The notes under the pieces are model-generated. The model did not search any database. It saw only the letters and a program-made list of their open reading frames with translations, and was not told the origin of the DNA. Positions 30,485 to 40,730 of a DNA stretch of 64,000 nucleotides are shown piece after piece (the first letter of the stretch is position 1; the number at the start of each line of letters is the position of its first letter). Origin of the DNA: Propionibacteriales bacterium (GTDB lineage: Bacteria; Actinomycetota; Actinomycetes; Propionibacteriales; Propionibacteriaceae); assembly GCA_038257965.1 (NCBI GenBank), contig JBBSQJ010000002.1, positions 1,188 to 65,187 of the forward strand. Reading direction: 5' to 3'. Position numbers and translations under genes: made by a program.

Positions 30485-31450
30485 TTAGTCAGCGTCGATT
30501 CGATGCGCACCGGCATGGTCGGATCCCTTCCGGACCAAAGCTACCGGGCAGACGGATCCAGCCACCACCGCCCGGGCGACGGTGCCGAGGATCAGCCCGG
30601 ACATCGCCGACGTTCCGTTGGTGCCGACGACCAGGAGGTCCAGGTCCTGGGACTCCTCGACGAGTACACGGACGGGATGAGCGCGAACGAAGTGTCGTTG
30701 GACAACGGTGTCGGGGTACTGCGTCCGCCAGCCGGCCAGGGTCTCGGCCACCCGGAGCTCCGCCTGGGCTAGCCAGCGGGTCAGCCGGGAGTCGTCCTCG
30801 GCTGCCCTCGCGTAGGTATCGGCGGCGGGCTGATAGGCGTAGATCACTCGGAGATCGACCTGCCGTGCTGCGGCCTCGGCGTAGGCGACGGCGAGTGCGG
30901 GCACAGATCCGGCCGAGCCGTCGATGCCGACCCCGACAGCACGACCCTCGGCAGCCGGCAGCCGCCAGCCGTGCGGGACCACGATCACCGGGCAGTGGGC
31001 CTTGGCGCCCACCGCCACCGAGGTCGAACCCGCGAACACCCGCTCCAGGCCACTGAGTCCGCGTCGGCCGATCACGACAGCTGTCGCACCCTTGGACATG
31101 TCCGCGAGCACGTCGCCCGGATAGCCGATGATCACCGCAGAGGTGACCAGGCGCGGCATCAGCCCGGTGGCCAGAGCGCGACGAGCCGCCGCAGCGGCCG
31201 CTTGCTCGGCGGCCGCGACGGCGGTGTCGGTGGTGAGGAGGGGAAGCGCCAGACCGAAGGCGGTCGCGGTGGGGGGTGGCACCGCGGTCACGATGTGCAG
31301 CGGCGTCGTTCGGACCTGGGCCTCGGCCGCGGCGTAGTCCACCGCCCGCAGACCATCGTTGCTGCCGTCGACGCCGACGACGATGCTGCCCGGTGTGACC
31401 AGACTCGACCCCTTGACGGTCCTGTCGCCCATCGTGGCCTGGGTGGTCAT
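30485..31450 (-). CDS. Tandem-domain universal stress protein
   Basis: VVGVDGS / VGIDGS, IGRRG..GS, CPV; GGAGG-like RBS. Confidence 0.9.
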   Translation of the reverse strand: MTTQATMGDRTVKGSSLVTPGSIVVGVDGSNDGLRAVDYAAAEAQVRTTPLHIVTAVPPPTATAFGLALPLLTTDTAVAAAEQAAAAAARRALATGLMPRLVTSAVIIGYPGDVLADMSKGATAVVIGRRGLSGLERVFAGSTSVAVGAKAHCPVIVVPHGWRLPAAEGRAVGVGIDGSAGSVPALAVAYAEAAARQVDLRVIYAYQPAADTYARAAEDDSRLTRWLAQAELRVAETLAGWRTQYPDTVVQRHFVRAHPVRVLVEESQDLDLLVVGTNGTSAMSGLILGTVARAVVAGSVCPVALVRKGSDHAGAHRIDAD

Positions 31451-31464
31451 GCCCCCGCCCTCTT

Positions 31465-32022
31465 TCACCACAGCCAGCGCTGCTGAGCGACGAACGGAAT
31501 GGAACGCCACTGCTTGGACAGACCCCAGGTCAAGCCGGCACCGGTGGCTGCGAGCACGACCAGGCTGATCGCACCGAGGAGGTGGTCGTCGATGATCGGA
31601 TTGGTGGTCGGCAACAACGCGACGCTCCACATCATCACGTACATCAGCGCGCCCGCGACGGCCGCGATCCGCAGTCCGATGCCGAGGATGAGCGCGGCGC
31701 CGATGGCCAGCAGACCGATCATGAACAACACGTTGATGACGGGGTGGCCGGCGATGCCCTGGTAGAAGCCGGCGAACGGACCGGACGAGCCCTTCGCCAA
31801 GAACCCGTAGGTCGGGCTTCCGCCGTTGATCCAGGCCGCTTCGGGTTTGGTGGCGAAGCCGAGACCGAACACCTTGTCGAAGAATGCCCACAAGAAGACG
31901 AAACCGAACGCGATCCGCAAGACGGCGAGCATCTTGGCTGCGAACGGCGTGATCACCCGCGACTCGGCCGCCGTGGTCGTGGTGCTGGTGACGGTTGCTG
32001 ACGAATGATCCACGACTGGCAT
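31465..32022 (-). CDS. DoxX-family membrane protein
   Basis: LRIAFGFVFLWAFFDK.FG, AWINGGSPT.GFL, NPIIDDH. Confidence 0.9.
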   Translation of the reverse strand: MPVVDHSSATVTSTTTTAAESRVITPFAAKMLAVLRIAFGFVFLWAFFDKVFGLGFATKPEAAWINGGSPTYGFLAKGSSGPFAGFYQGIAGHPVINVLFMIGLLAIGAALILGIGLRIAAVAGALMYVMMWSVALLPTTNPIIDDHLLGAISLVVLAATGAGLTWGLSKQWRSIPFVAQQRWLW

Positions 32023-32149
32023 TTTGAGATCCCCTTTGTGCCTCTCGCCGATCGCGACTAACGCGGGGCGGTAGCCGGCGGTCTGCCGACACCATCGATC
32101 CTTCTCCAAGTCGGCCGACACCATCAGGGTGAAATGGCATCGAACGCAT

Positions 32150-32183
32150 GGGACCAAGGTCCCTGCTCAGGGCCGGAGTGCCG
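32150..32183. promoter_or_regulatory. DosR-box-like palindrome upstream of doxX-usp-kinase
   Basis: GGGACC-AA-GGTCCC (32150-32163) followed by a degenerate copy at 32170. Confidence 0.7.
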
Positions 32184-32188
32184 CGCCG

Positions 32189-32857
32189 TCAGCGCAGCAA
32201 CTTGGCGGCCAGCACGGCGGCCTGAGTGCGCCGCTCGAGGCCGAGCTTGGCCAGCAGCGAGGATACGTAGTTCTTCACGGTCTTCTCGGCGAGATACAGC
32301 CGCTGACCGATCTGGCGATTGGTGAGGCCTTCAGCGATCAACGCGAGGATCTCGCGCTCCCGCTCGGTCAACGCGGCCAGTTCGTCCGCCTCGGGCTCGG
32401 GCGACCTCAGCCGCTCCAGCACCCGGGCCGTCACGGCCGGATCGAGCATGGACTGGCCGGCGGCCACGCGACGGACGGTATCGACCAGGTCCGAGGTGCG
32501 GACCTGCTTCAACACGTAGCCCGAGGCTCCGGCCATGATCGCCGCGAACAACGCCTCGTCGTCGTCGTAGGAGGTGAGAATGATCGCCTTGATCTCCGGG
32601 TTCTTCGAACGGATGCTCCGGCAGACGTCGATGCCGCTGCCATCGGGCAGGCGCGCGTCGAGGATCACGACATCGGGCCGCAGCGCAGGAGTGATCCGGA
32701 CCGCCTCCTGCGCAGACCCGACGTCTCCGACGACCTCGAGGGCGTCCTCGGCCGCGAACAGATCGCGCAGCCCGCGGCGGACGATCTCGTGGTCGTCGAG
32801 CAGGAACAGCCGAACCTTTCGTGGCCCGGCCGTACCTTCTTCGTTCGCGATGCTCAC
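32189..32857 (-). CDS. NarL/LuxR response regulator, DosR/DevR-like
   Basis: LLDDHEIVRRGL, LDARLPDGSG, LAEKTVKNYVS.LL.KLG..RRTQAA. Confidence 0.93.
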   Translation of the reverse strand: MSIANEEGTAGPRKVRLFLLDDHEIVRRGLRDLFAAEDALEVVGDVGSAQEAVRITPALRPDVVILDARLPDGSGIDVCRSIRSKNPEIKAIILTSYDDDEALFAAIMAGASGYVLKQVRTSDLVDTVRRVAAGQSMLDPAVTARVLERLRSPEPEADELAALTEREREILALIAEGLTNRQIGQRLYLAEKTVKNYVSSLLAKLGLERRTQAAVLAAKLLR

Positions 32858-33261
32858 GCGCCGATCGATCGACCGCTGAGCTGGTCGAGGCTGATCTCGA
32901 TGAACAGGTTGCGTGTCCCGGGTGCCCACGGCACCGGATCGGCCTTGCTCCAGAGTTCGACGAGTTCGTCAGCCTTGGCCGCCGCTCGCGACTGACCGCT
33001 GACCATCACGCTCCAGCCGGTGCGGGTCTCGGTGTCGAGCTCGTCGATCTCGAACGCCACCCGCCGCACGTGCCGGAGATCCGCCATCGGGCCATATGCA
33101 GCCGTGCGGAACACGATCGCGTTGTTGTGCACGGTATAGGTGACCGGGAGCACCTGTGGGCCGTCGACCGTGTTCCAGGCCACCCGCCCGATCGTTCCGG
33201 CCTCCAACCGTCGCCGGCACTCCTCGTCAGACAGTCGTCCGAACGTCGTCTGCTCTGTCAT
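32854..33261 (-). CDS. Pyridoxamine 5'-phosphate oxidase-like protein (second copy)
   Basis: IGRVA, LPVTY, IVFRT, FEID..D...GWSV, PVPWA.G. Confidence 0.88.
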   Translation of the reverse strand: MTEQTTFGRLSDEECRRRLEAGTIGRVAWNTVDGPQVLPVTYTVHNNAIVFRTAAYGPMADLRHVRRVAFEIDELDTETRTGWSVMVSGQSRAAAKADELVELWSKADPVPWAPGTRNLFIEISLDQLSGRSIGA

Positions 33262-33316
33262 CGTCCTTTGCCTCTCCTCGTCTCGCGTTCCCTGCCCGCG
33301 ATCTGCTCAAGGCAGG

Positions 33317-35698
33317 TCAACTGCGTTGCCAGGTCCAGGCGCGAACCTCGGGCAGGTCCTCCAGGTGCTCCACCACGTACGTCTCGTGACGGGCCAACTG
33401 CGCCTGGCACCATGCCTTGAGTTCCGACGCCCCGGGCGGGGTTCGTTTGGCGTTGTTGATCGCGTCCATCACGAGGTGGTACCGCGATGCCTTGTTCCTC
33501 ACGACCATATCGAACGGTGTGGTCGTCGTGCCCTCTTCGATGAAGCCTCGGACGTGGAACCGGTCGGCGTCCGGTCGCCCGTGCACCAGTTGGTGGATCG
33601 CGCCCGGGAAACCGTGGAAGGAGAAGACCACATCGACGTGATCGGTGAACAGCTCGCGGAAGAACGTGTCCTGGATGCCGTGCGGGTGATCCTGCGGACG
33701 GGGCAGTGTCATCAAGTCCACGACGTTGACCACGCGGATCTTGAGCCCGGGCAGCTCGTTCTTCAAGATCTCTGCGGCGGCGATCGTCTCCATGGTCACG
33801 ACGTCACCGGCGCAGGCCAACACGACGTCCGGATCGGCCCCGACGTCTTCGTTGCCGGCCCAGTCCCAGACCCCGGCCCCGTCCGCGCAGTGCTTGATGG
33901 CCTCGTCCATGGTCAACCACTGCTGTTGTGGCTGCTTGTCGATCACGATCAGGTTGACGTAGGAGCGCGAGCGCAAGCAGTGGTTGGCCACCGACAGCAA
34001 GGTGTTGGCGTCTGGTGGAAGGTAGACCCGGGTCACCTCGGCGCGCTGGGTGATCACGGTCTGGATCAGGCCGGGGCCTTGGTGGGAGAAGCCGTTGTGG
34101 TCGTTGCGCCAGCAGGTGGACGTGAGCAAGATGTTCAGGCTGGGCACCTTGGCCCGCCACGGCAGATGGTCGGCCTCCTCCAGCCACTTGCTGTGCTGGA
34201 TGGTCTGTGAAGCACTGACCATCGCGAAGGACTCGTACGTCGCGAACATGCCATGCCGTCCGGTCAGGGTGTAGCCCTCCAGCCAGCCGTGGCAGTTGTG
34301 CTCGCTGAGCACCTCCATCACCCGACCGTCGTGGGAGAGCTTGGTGTCGGTCGGCAGCACCTTCTCCATGAAGGCCCGGTCCGAGACGTCGAACACCGCA
34401 CCGAGGCGGTTGCTGTTGGTCTCGTCAGGGCAGAACAGCCGGAAGTTGTGGGGATTGCGCCGGTAGAGCTCGGCGGTCAGCTCGCCCAGCCGACGCACGG
34501 ACTCCACCGCCGTGCCGGGGTTGGTCAGCTCGACCGCATACTCGCGGAAGTCCGGGATGTCCAGTTCGTCGGTGAGCAGGCCGCCGTTCGCGTGCGGGGA
34601 GGCACTCAGTCGGGCGTCCCCGCTGGGGTTGGCCTTGGCCACCAGCTCGACCGGGGCGCCGGACGAGTCGAACAGCTCCTCGGGCCGGTACGACTCGAGC
34701 CAGGTGCCCAGCAGGGCGAGATGCTCGGGGTTGTCTTTCACCCCGGACAGCGGAACCTGGTGCGAGCGCCAGCTGCCGGTGACCTCGATGCCGTCGATCT
34801 CCTTGGGTCCGGTCCAGCCCTTCGGCGTGCGGAGCACGATCATCGGCCAGTGTGGCCGCTCGGCGACCTCACCGCTTTCACGGGCGGCGCGCTGGATCTC
34901 TTCGATCCTGGTGTAGGCGGTGAGCAGCGTCTCGGCGAACCGATGATGCATGCCCGGTAGATCGTCGCCGCTCACCTCGAGCACCTCGTAGCCGTGCCCT
35001 TCGAGCAGTGAGCGCACCTCCTCCTCGGACTTGCGACCGAGCACCGTCGGACCCGCGATCTTGTAGCCGTTCAGGTGCAGGATCGGCAGCACGGCCCCGT
35101 CGCGGACGGGGTTGATGAAGGAGATGCCCTTCCAGGACCCTTCCAGCGGGCCGGTTTCGGCCTCGCCGTCGCCGACCACGGCGATGGACAGCAGATCGGG
35201 GTTGTCCATCACCGAGCCGAAGGCGTGAACCAAGACGTAGCCCAGGTCCCCGCCCTCGTGGATCGATCCCGGAGTGGTCACCGACACGTGGCTGGGAATG
35301 CCGCCCGGGGAGGAGAACTGCCGGAACAGGTGCTTGATGCCCGCCTCGTCCTGAGTGACGTAGGGGTAGATCTCGGTGTAGGTGCCCTCCAGGTAGCCGG
35401 CGGCGACCAGCGCCGGGCCACCGTGACCGGGCCCGGTGAGGTAGATCGTCTCCCGGCCGGTGTGCTGGATCAGCCGAGACATGTGGGCATAGATGAACGA
35501 GAGCCCCGGACTGGTGCCCCAATGGCCCAGCAGTCGCGGTTTGATGTCGTCGGAGGTCAGCGGTCGGCGCAGCAGCGGATTGTCCTGCAGGTAGATCTGA
35601 CCGATCGTGAGGTAGTTGCAGGCGCGCCACCACGCGTCGATCGACTGCACCTCTTCTTCGGTGATCGTGAGCTCGCTGGTCGGCGTGGTCAACGTCAT
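33317..35698 (-). CDS. xfp: Phosphoketolase (XFP)
   Basis: KPRLLGHWGT, GPGHG, SIHEGG, GDGEAETGP TPP motif, DHNGFSHQ; AAGGA before ATG 35698. Confidence 0.96.
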   Translation of the reverse strand: MTLTTPTSELTITEEEVQSIDAWWRACNYLTIGQIYLQDNPLLRRPLTSDDIKPRLLGHWGTSPGLSFIYAHMSRLIQHTGRETIYLTGPGHGGPALVAAGYLEGTYTEIYPYVTQDEAGIKHLFRQFSSPGGIPSHVSVTTPGSIHEGGDLGYVLVHAFGSVMDNPDLLSIAVVGDGEAETGPLEGSWKGISFINPVRDGAVLPILHLNGYKIAGPTVLGRKSEEEVRSLLEGHGYEVLEVSGDDLPGMHHRFAETLLTAYTRIEEIQRAARESGEVAERPHWPMIVLRTPKGWTGPKEIDGIEVTGSWRSHQVPLSGVKDNPEHLALLGTWLESYRPEELFDSSGAPVELVAKANPSGDARLSASPHANGGLLTDELDIPDFREYAVELTNPGTAVESVRRLGELTAELYRRNPHNFRLFCPDETNSNRLGAVFDVSDRAFMEKVLPTDTKLSHDGRVMEVLSEHNCHGWLEGYTLTGRHGMFATYESFAMVSASQTIQHSKWLEEADHLPWRAKVPSLNILLTSTCWRNDHNGFSHQGPGLIQTVITQRAEVTRVYLPPDANTLLSVANHCLRSRSYVNLIVIDKQPQQQWLTMDEAIKHCADGAGVWDWAGNEDVGADPDVVLACAGDVVTMETIAAAEILKNELPGLKIRVVNVVDLMTLPRPQDHPHGIQDTFFRELFTDHVDVVFSFHGFPGAIHQLVHGRPDADRFHVRGFIEEGTTTTPFDMVVRNKASRYHLVMDAINNAKRTPPGASELKAWCQAQLARHETYVVEHLEDLPEVRAWTWQRS

Positions 35699-35807
35699 GA
35701 CGGTCCTTCGAATCCGGGGATCGGCTAGGGGAAGTGTTGCAAAGCCCGCTGGCCCGGGCAGTAGTGCCTCCCGTACCAGGATCGGGGCAACCCTCGGGCG
35801 GACCCCA

Positions 35808-35821
35808 GGGTCGAACGTCCC
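35808..35821. promoter_or_regulatory. DosR-box-like site upstream of xfp
   Basis: GGGTCGAACGTCCC. Confidence 0.5.
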
Positions 35822-35831
35822 GCGTTCGACC

Positions 35832-36671
35832 TCAGTTGCTTTCGACGTCACCCACGAGTCGGGCGACGTGGTCCGGGACGTAGGTTGTCAGCTCCCGGGG
35901 CGGCCGCTGATAGTTCGTCGTCGACTCGAGTCGCTTGGGTAGCTTCACCTCGGTCATGGAGACGTCGGTGTAGGGGATTGTGGACAGCAGGTGCGCGATC
36001 ATGTTCAACCGGGCGTGCTTCTTGATGTCGGACTCGACGACGTACCACGGGCTGGCGGGTAGGTCGGTGTGCACCATCATCTCGTCCTTGGCCCGGGAGT
36101 AGTCCTCCCAGCGGTGGATGGACTCGAGATCGGTCGGACTCAGTTTCCACCGACGTACCGGGTCGTCGAGTCGGGAGCGAAAACGCTTGAGCTGCTCGTT
36201 GTTCGACACCGAGAACCAGTACTTGCGCAACAGGATCCCGTCGTCGGTGAGCATCTGCTCGAAGATCGGTGTCTGGCGCAGGAACCGGGTGTATTCCTGT
36301 GGCGTGCAGTAGCCCATGACCTTCTCCACCCCGGCCCGGTTGTACCAGGACCGGTCGAAGACGACGAGCTCTCCGGCGGCCGGCAGGTGGGCGATGTAGC
36401 GCTGGAAGTACCACTCGGTCTTCTCGCGCTCGGTCGGCACGGGGAGGGCGGCCGTCCGCGCCACCCGGGGACTCAGATACTCGGTGATCCGTTTGATGGT
36501 GCCGCCCTTGCCGGCCGCGTCGCGACCTTCGAACACGACCACGATCCGTGCCCCGGTCTGGCGGGTCCACTCCTGCACCTTGACCAGTTCGGCCTGCAAG
36601 CGGAACAGCTCGGCCTCGTAAACCTTGTTGGCGATCTTGCCACGCTTGCGGTCGCCGGACTTCTTTCCCAT
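35832..36671 (-). CDS. ppk2: Polyphosphate kinase 2 (class I)
   Basis: FEGRDAAGKGG, WYFQRY, FDRSWYNR, WKLS. Confidence 0.96.
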   Translation of the reverse strand: MGKKSGDRKRGKIANKVYEAELFRLQAELVKVQEWTRQTGARIVVVFEGRDAAGKGGTIKRITEYLSPRVARTAALPVPTEREKTEWYFQRYIAHLPAAGELVVFDRSWYNRAGVEKVMGYCTPQEYTRFLRQTPIFEQMLTDDGILLRKYWFSVSNNEQLKRFRSRLDDPVRRWKLSPTDLESIHRWEDYSRAKDEMMVHTDLPASPWYVVESDIKKHARLNMIAHLLSTIPYTDVSMTEVKLPKRLESTTNYQRPPRELTTYVPDHVARLVGDVESN

Positions 36672-36775
36672 GGCGAGACGCTACCGAAGATGGGGAAGGA
36701 CGGCGAGACGGGGCTCTTGCTTCGGGCGGCGGCGAGACGCATCCTGTCGGAAGGAGTGTGCCAAGGGAGTGATCG

Positions 36776-37375
36776 ATGAGCGAATCGACATCACAGCGAC
36801 AGTCCGGTCCGGGCTGGCGGATCCTGCTCGATCGGGCCCGCACGTCCTTGTGGCCACCTCGGGTTCCCGACCATGCACCGTCACCGGCGTTGACCCCGCA
36901 CCAGGACTGGCTACGCCGGCTCGACCGGATCCGGGATCTGCTCGAACAGACCCGCGCTGCGCTGATCCGCGACGGCTGGACCGGTGGGGCCTGGTTCAGC
37001 GTGGGCGCGACCGGGGACGCCGTCCGGCCGGTGAGCACCGCCGAGGCCTTCGGTCTGCTCGAGCCAGGATCGTCGATCACGGGCGCGTGCCTGATCGGAG
37101 CGATGCTGCGGCTGGTGGAGGATCCCGACACCGCCCCGTCGGTCGCCGACGCGTGGGGCTGCGTCGACGAGCTGCACGAGGCCGTGCACGAACAGTTGGG
37201 TCACCACTCGTTCCCACCGGGCCGGATCTTTGCCCATGACCAGCGGCGGATGCATCTGCAGGTCCTCACCGCCTGGAACGACGAGCCGGGGCGTCGCCTG
37301 GAGCAGGTCGTGGACCTGATCGATCGGGCCGTGTCGAGGACCATGGTCGGCGCCTGCGCCGTCCCGCAGCGCTGA
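36776..37375 (+). CDS. Hypothetical protein (DUF6197-like)
   Basis: GW..GAWF, ACLIGA, WND.PGR...V..L pattern. Confidence 0.7.
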   Translation: MSESTSQRQSGPGWRILLDRARTSLWPPRVPDHAPSPALTPHQDWLRRLDRIRDLLEQTRAALIRDGWTGGAWFSVGATGDAVRPVSTAEAFGLLEPGSSITGACLIGAMLRLVEDPDTAPSVADAWGCVDELHEAVHEQLGHHSFPPGRIFAHDQRRMHLQVLTAWNDEPGRRLEQVVDLIDRAVSRTMVGACAVPQR

Positions 37376-37608
37376 CCTGCATCAGCGGCCGCGCACCTCG
37401 TCGTAGCGCTGCCGGAACGGTGACTCGACCAGCGCCATGTTTGCCATCTCGGTCGAGCCGACCGAATACAGTGTCTGACGTCGACATCCGGTGTACCCGT
37501 CCGGAGGCGGGGGTTCACCCGCTGTGTGGGATGGCCGAACCGTCTCCGCGACGGTTGATTGGACGTGGGCGACTCGGCCCGACGCCCTGCTCCGAAAGGA
37601 TGCCTGAC

Positions 37609-38085
37609 ATGGCGCACGACGATCTGCCAATCGACGTCTATATCGCTGCCTACACCGATGCGACCGCGGCCCAGGACGACTGGGACGCCATCAAGCGGCT
37701 TGCTGCGGACAAGGTGATCTCCATCGACGGACTCGTGCTGGTCCGTCGTGACCCCGACGGCAGGATTCATGTCAAGGACACGGCCCACGACGCCAGGCTG
37801 GGTGCCGGGATCGGAGCGGTCGGCGGTGCACTGGTCGGGCTGATCTTCCCGCCCGCCCTGCTCGCCAGCGCAGCGGTCGGGGCGGGCATGGGTGCCGGGG
37901 CCGGTGTCGTCGTCGATCAGGTCACCAAGCACCAGATCAAGGCCGACCTGGAAGCAACGCTGCCGCCGAATTCCTCGGGCATCGTCGCGGTGGTCGAGGA
38001 GCGGTGGATGGGTGAGGTCGAGAAGGCGTTGGCCAAAGCCGACACGGCGGAGAAGCACCACGCGCACGCCGACCGGGAGGCGTGA
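37609..38085 (+). CDS. DUF1269 glycine-zipper membrane protein
   Basis: GAGIGAVGGALVGLIF, L.P.SS.I; AAGGA RBS. Confidence 0.85.
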   Translation: MAHDDLPIDVYIAAYTDATAAQDDWDAIKRLAADKVISIDGLVLVRRDPDGRIHVKDTAHDARLGAGIGAVGGALVGLIFPPALLASAAVGAGMGAGAGVVVDQVTKHQIKADLEATLPPNSSGIVAVVEERWMGEVEKALAKADTAEKHHAHADREA

Positions 38086-38088
38086 GCA

Positions 38089-38760
38089 ATGGGCGGGGTG
38101 ATCGGAGACGTCCTGCCACTGGCACTGGGCGTCGCGATCAGTCCCGTCCCCATCATCGCGGCGATCTTGATGCTGCTCTCCCCGAAGGCGAAAGGCACCA
38201 GCGTCGGCTTCCTGCTCGGTTGGGTCCTCGGCATCGTGGTCGTTCTGGTGGTCTTCGTCTTGCTGGCGTCGGTGATAGAGCCCGCCGATCCCGACCAGCC
38301 GCAACCCATCGCAGGCGTGATCAAGCTGGTGCTGGGAGCGCTGATGCTGTTCCTGGCGGTCAAGCAGTGGCAGGGCCGGCCGCACGGCGACGAAGAGCCT
38401 GCCCTGCCGAAGTGGATGGCCGCGATCGATGAGATGACCGCACCCAAGGGCTTCGGACTCGGCTTCTTGCTGTCGGGGGTCAATCCGAAGAATCTGCTGA
38501 TGGGCGCAGGTGCGGGGACGATCATCGGGTCGGCAGGGCTTGCTGTCGGGTCCATCGTCGTGGTTGTCGTCGTGTTCACGGTGATCGCCGCTTCATCGGT
38601 GGCCGTGCCGGTGATCGGCTACCTGGTGGCGAGCAAGGCCATGGCCGCGCCGCTGGAGACGCTTCGGGTCTGGTTGGTGCACAACAATGCCACGGTGATG
38701 GCGGTGCTGCTACTGGTGATCGGGGTGAGTGTCATCGGCAAGGGCATCGGTAGCTTCTGA
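38089..38760 (+). CDS. GAP-family (DUF2910) membrane protein
   Basis: LALGVAISPVP, P.W, NPKN, WL..N. Confidence 0.9.
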   Translation: MGGVIGDVLPLALGVAISPVPIIAAILMLLSPKAKGTSVGFLLGWVLGIVVVLVVFVLLASVIEPADPDQPQPIAGVIKLVLGALMLFLAVKQWQGRPHGDEEPALPKWMAAIDEMTAPKGFGLGFLLSGVNPKNLLMGAGAGTIIGSAGLAVGSIVVVVVVFTVIAASSVAVPVIGYLVASKAMAAPLETLRVWLVHNNATVMAVLLLVIGVSVIGKGIGSF

Positions 38761-38781
38761 TTCAGTGGCACGATCCGCGGT

Positions 38782-40245
38782 TCAGGCGGCGAGGTCGTGG
38801 TATTCGGACGCCAGGGCGTGCCAGATCGTCGTGCTGAGCGTTCCGGAGCCGAGTGGGTATGTGCCGGCGTGTGGGGTGGTGATCCAGTGTTGCCCGGTGG
38901 GTGATCGCCATACGAAGGTGCCGGGTTCGGGCTGTCTGACCTGCCAGCGACTGTGAGTCTTGAGTCGGTGCTCCGTGCGACTGAGCGGTCCGAGGTTGTC
39001 GATCCTGGTCTGGCCCGGTGGTCCTCCGCGGTCCATGGGTGTGTACGCGATGGTGTGGTCAAGATCAGTCCGCGTCCCCGGATCCGGCATCTTCATCGTC
39101 TGGGTTCGGAATGCGCTGTGGGGGAACACGCTGGCCGGAAGCCGTAGTCCGATCAGCCGGCGCATCGCCTTGGGGATTTCGTAGGCGTCGACCGGAGTGA
39201 GTTCGGCGCTGAGGTCGATCACCGGCCGCAGTTTGATCGCGCAGTCGCTGTCGGTCAGCCAGCGGCGGACCTGACCGAGAAGCATCGGGCCGACGCCGTC
39301 CATTCGGGCAGGGCCGCCACCCAGGCCGAGCGTTTCTGCCGACAGGTGCACCACGAGGTCGACCCGCGGACGCGCAACGACCCGATCCGGCGCGCTGTCG
39401 CCTCCCAGTCCCACCGAGACGTGACCGTCCTCCTCCGGATCCGGCACAGCGGAGGGCGCGGCGTCGGGTCGGACGTGGCGGCGCAGCAGATCGAGTGCCA
39501 GGTCGGGTCGGGCCAGGATCCCGATCGCCTTCGACCGGCGGACGTCGACGAGGTCGCTATCGCCGTCGGCGGCGAGGATCTCCGCGATCCGGTCGACCAT
39601 TGCGAGGAACCAGACCACGTCGCCTGCGGCGGCCCGGGCGACCAACAACTTGAGACCGTTCTCGGTCGCCCGACCGGAGCGAACGAATCGCTCCGCTTCG
39701 TATGCGGCCGCGCGGGCCTCCTCACCGGCGGGATCGGCTTCGGCGATCTTTGCGACGAGAACGTTCTCGAACCGTGTCCACGACACCGACCCGATCACCC
39801 CGTCGATCACCGCATCGACCTGCCGCGCCGCGTCGAGGCTCAGTCGACGGGTTTCGTGGGCGACCCTGCGGGCCTTCCACGCCCGCACGTGTCCCGCACG
39901 GACCGCGGTCCACAGCCGGGGCAATCGATGCCGCAGGTCGAGGGCGTCACCGATCAGCTCCCACGCCGCGTTGGTCGTGGTCTGGATCTGCGCACCGAAT
40001 TCGGCCGCGGCGAACTCTTGCACTGTCGGTGTGCCGTCGCCGCCGGGCAGTCGGACACCCTCCCCGGCTGTGCGATGCCGGGAAGGATCGACGGGCCGTC
40101 CGAGCGGGTCGCCGTCGTGCAGGTCGGCCCAGTGGCAGGCCAGCTCCAGCACCGCGCACTCCGCCATCACCAGCGTTCGATGCTGCTCGGCCACGAGCCG
40201 CGACACTGCAGCGGCGTCGAGCTGGAAGAGGGACGGATCGAACAT
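38782..40245 (-). CDS. DUF222 / 13E12-repeat family protein with degenerate HNH
   Basis: WAD.H, GGDGTP.V.EF, LDLRHRLPRLW, DLDH, NLGPL.R..HRLKTH, W.SP.G. Confidence 0.88.
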   Translation of the reverse strand: MFDPSLFQLDAAAVSRLVAEQHRTLVMAECAVLELACHWADLHDGDPLGRPVDPSRHRTAGEGVRLPGGDGTPTVQEFAAAEFGAQIQTTTNAAWELIGDALDLRHRLPRLWTAVRAGHVRAWKARRVAHETRRLSLDAARQVDAVIDGVIGSVSWTRFENVLVAKIAEADPAGEEARAAAYEAERFVRSGRATENGLKLLVARAAAGDVVWFLAMVDRIAEILAADGDSDLVDVRRSKAIGILARPDLALDLLRRHVRPDAAPSAVPDPEEDGHVSVGLGGDSAPDRVVARPRVDLVVHLSAETLGLGGGPARMDGVGPMLLGQVRRWLTDSDCAIKLRPVIDLSAELTPVDAYEIPKAMRRLIGLRLPASVFPHSAFRTQTMKMPDPGTRTDLDHTIAYTPMDRGGPPGQTRIDNLGPLSRTEHRLKTHSRWQVRQPEPGTFVWRSPTGQHWITTPHAGTYPLGSGTLSTTIWHALASEYHDLAA

Positions 40246-40294
40246 GCGTTCAGGCTAGATCGGGCCACTGACACAAATCGCCCCGCGCATCAAG

Positions 40295-40332
40295 CTTCGA
40301 CAGGCTCAGGCGCCCTTCGACAGGCCAGGCGC
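40295..40332 (+). repeat. Two REP-like copies CTTCGACAGGC(T)CAGGCGC
   Basis: Direct copies at 40295 and 40315; same family occurs inverted at 49776-49861. Confidence 0.75.
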
Positions 40333-40349
40333 AGTGAACCGCTGAAGCG

Positions 40350-40730
40350 CTACCGGATCAGGCGCACGTGCATGGGGAGGTCCAGCTCGATCCAGGCGTG
40401 ATCAGCGGTGAGCACCTCGGGAGGCGTGCTTCGCACCGTGAGTGCGAGGCAACAGCGATCACCCAATGACAGGGTCCGACCCCCGTCGAGCGCGCGCATC
40501 GCGCCCGCCAGTTCGGCATCATCCGCGCTCAGCGGTTCGACGCTGACGCCGGGCGCGCTCAGTAGCTCGCGCAGACCGGTGACATCGAGGTCGGCGTCGA
40601 CAAGCCTTTGCCACGACTTCGGCAAGACTCGGCGCACCGAGAACTGCACCCGCGAGCTCGGCCGCGACGACATCGCCTCCGGGCTCATCGTGGATCAGCG
40701 CAAGAACCGCGGAAGCTCGAGAATCGTCAT
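40350..40730 (-). pseudogene. vapC: PIN-domain VapC toxin with two frameshifts (~40716, ~40605)
   Basis: Reconstructs across three frames as MTIL[D]ASAVLA...LAEV...LSLGDRCCLAL...LTAD. Confidence 0.8.

Noticed and set aside
37382-37630. Minus-strand ORF ending ...ESPFRQRYDEVRGR
   Set aside because: Only the last ~30 codons look protein-like, and it overlaps the DUF1269 start region; at most a fragment.
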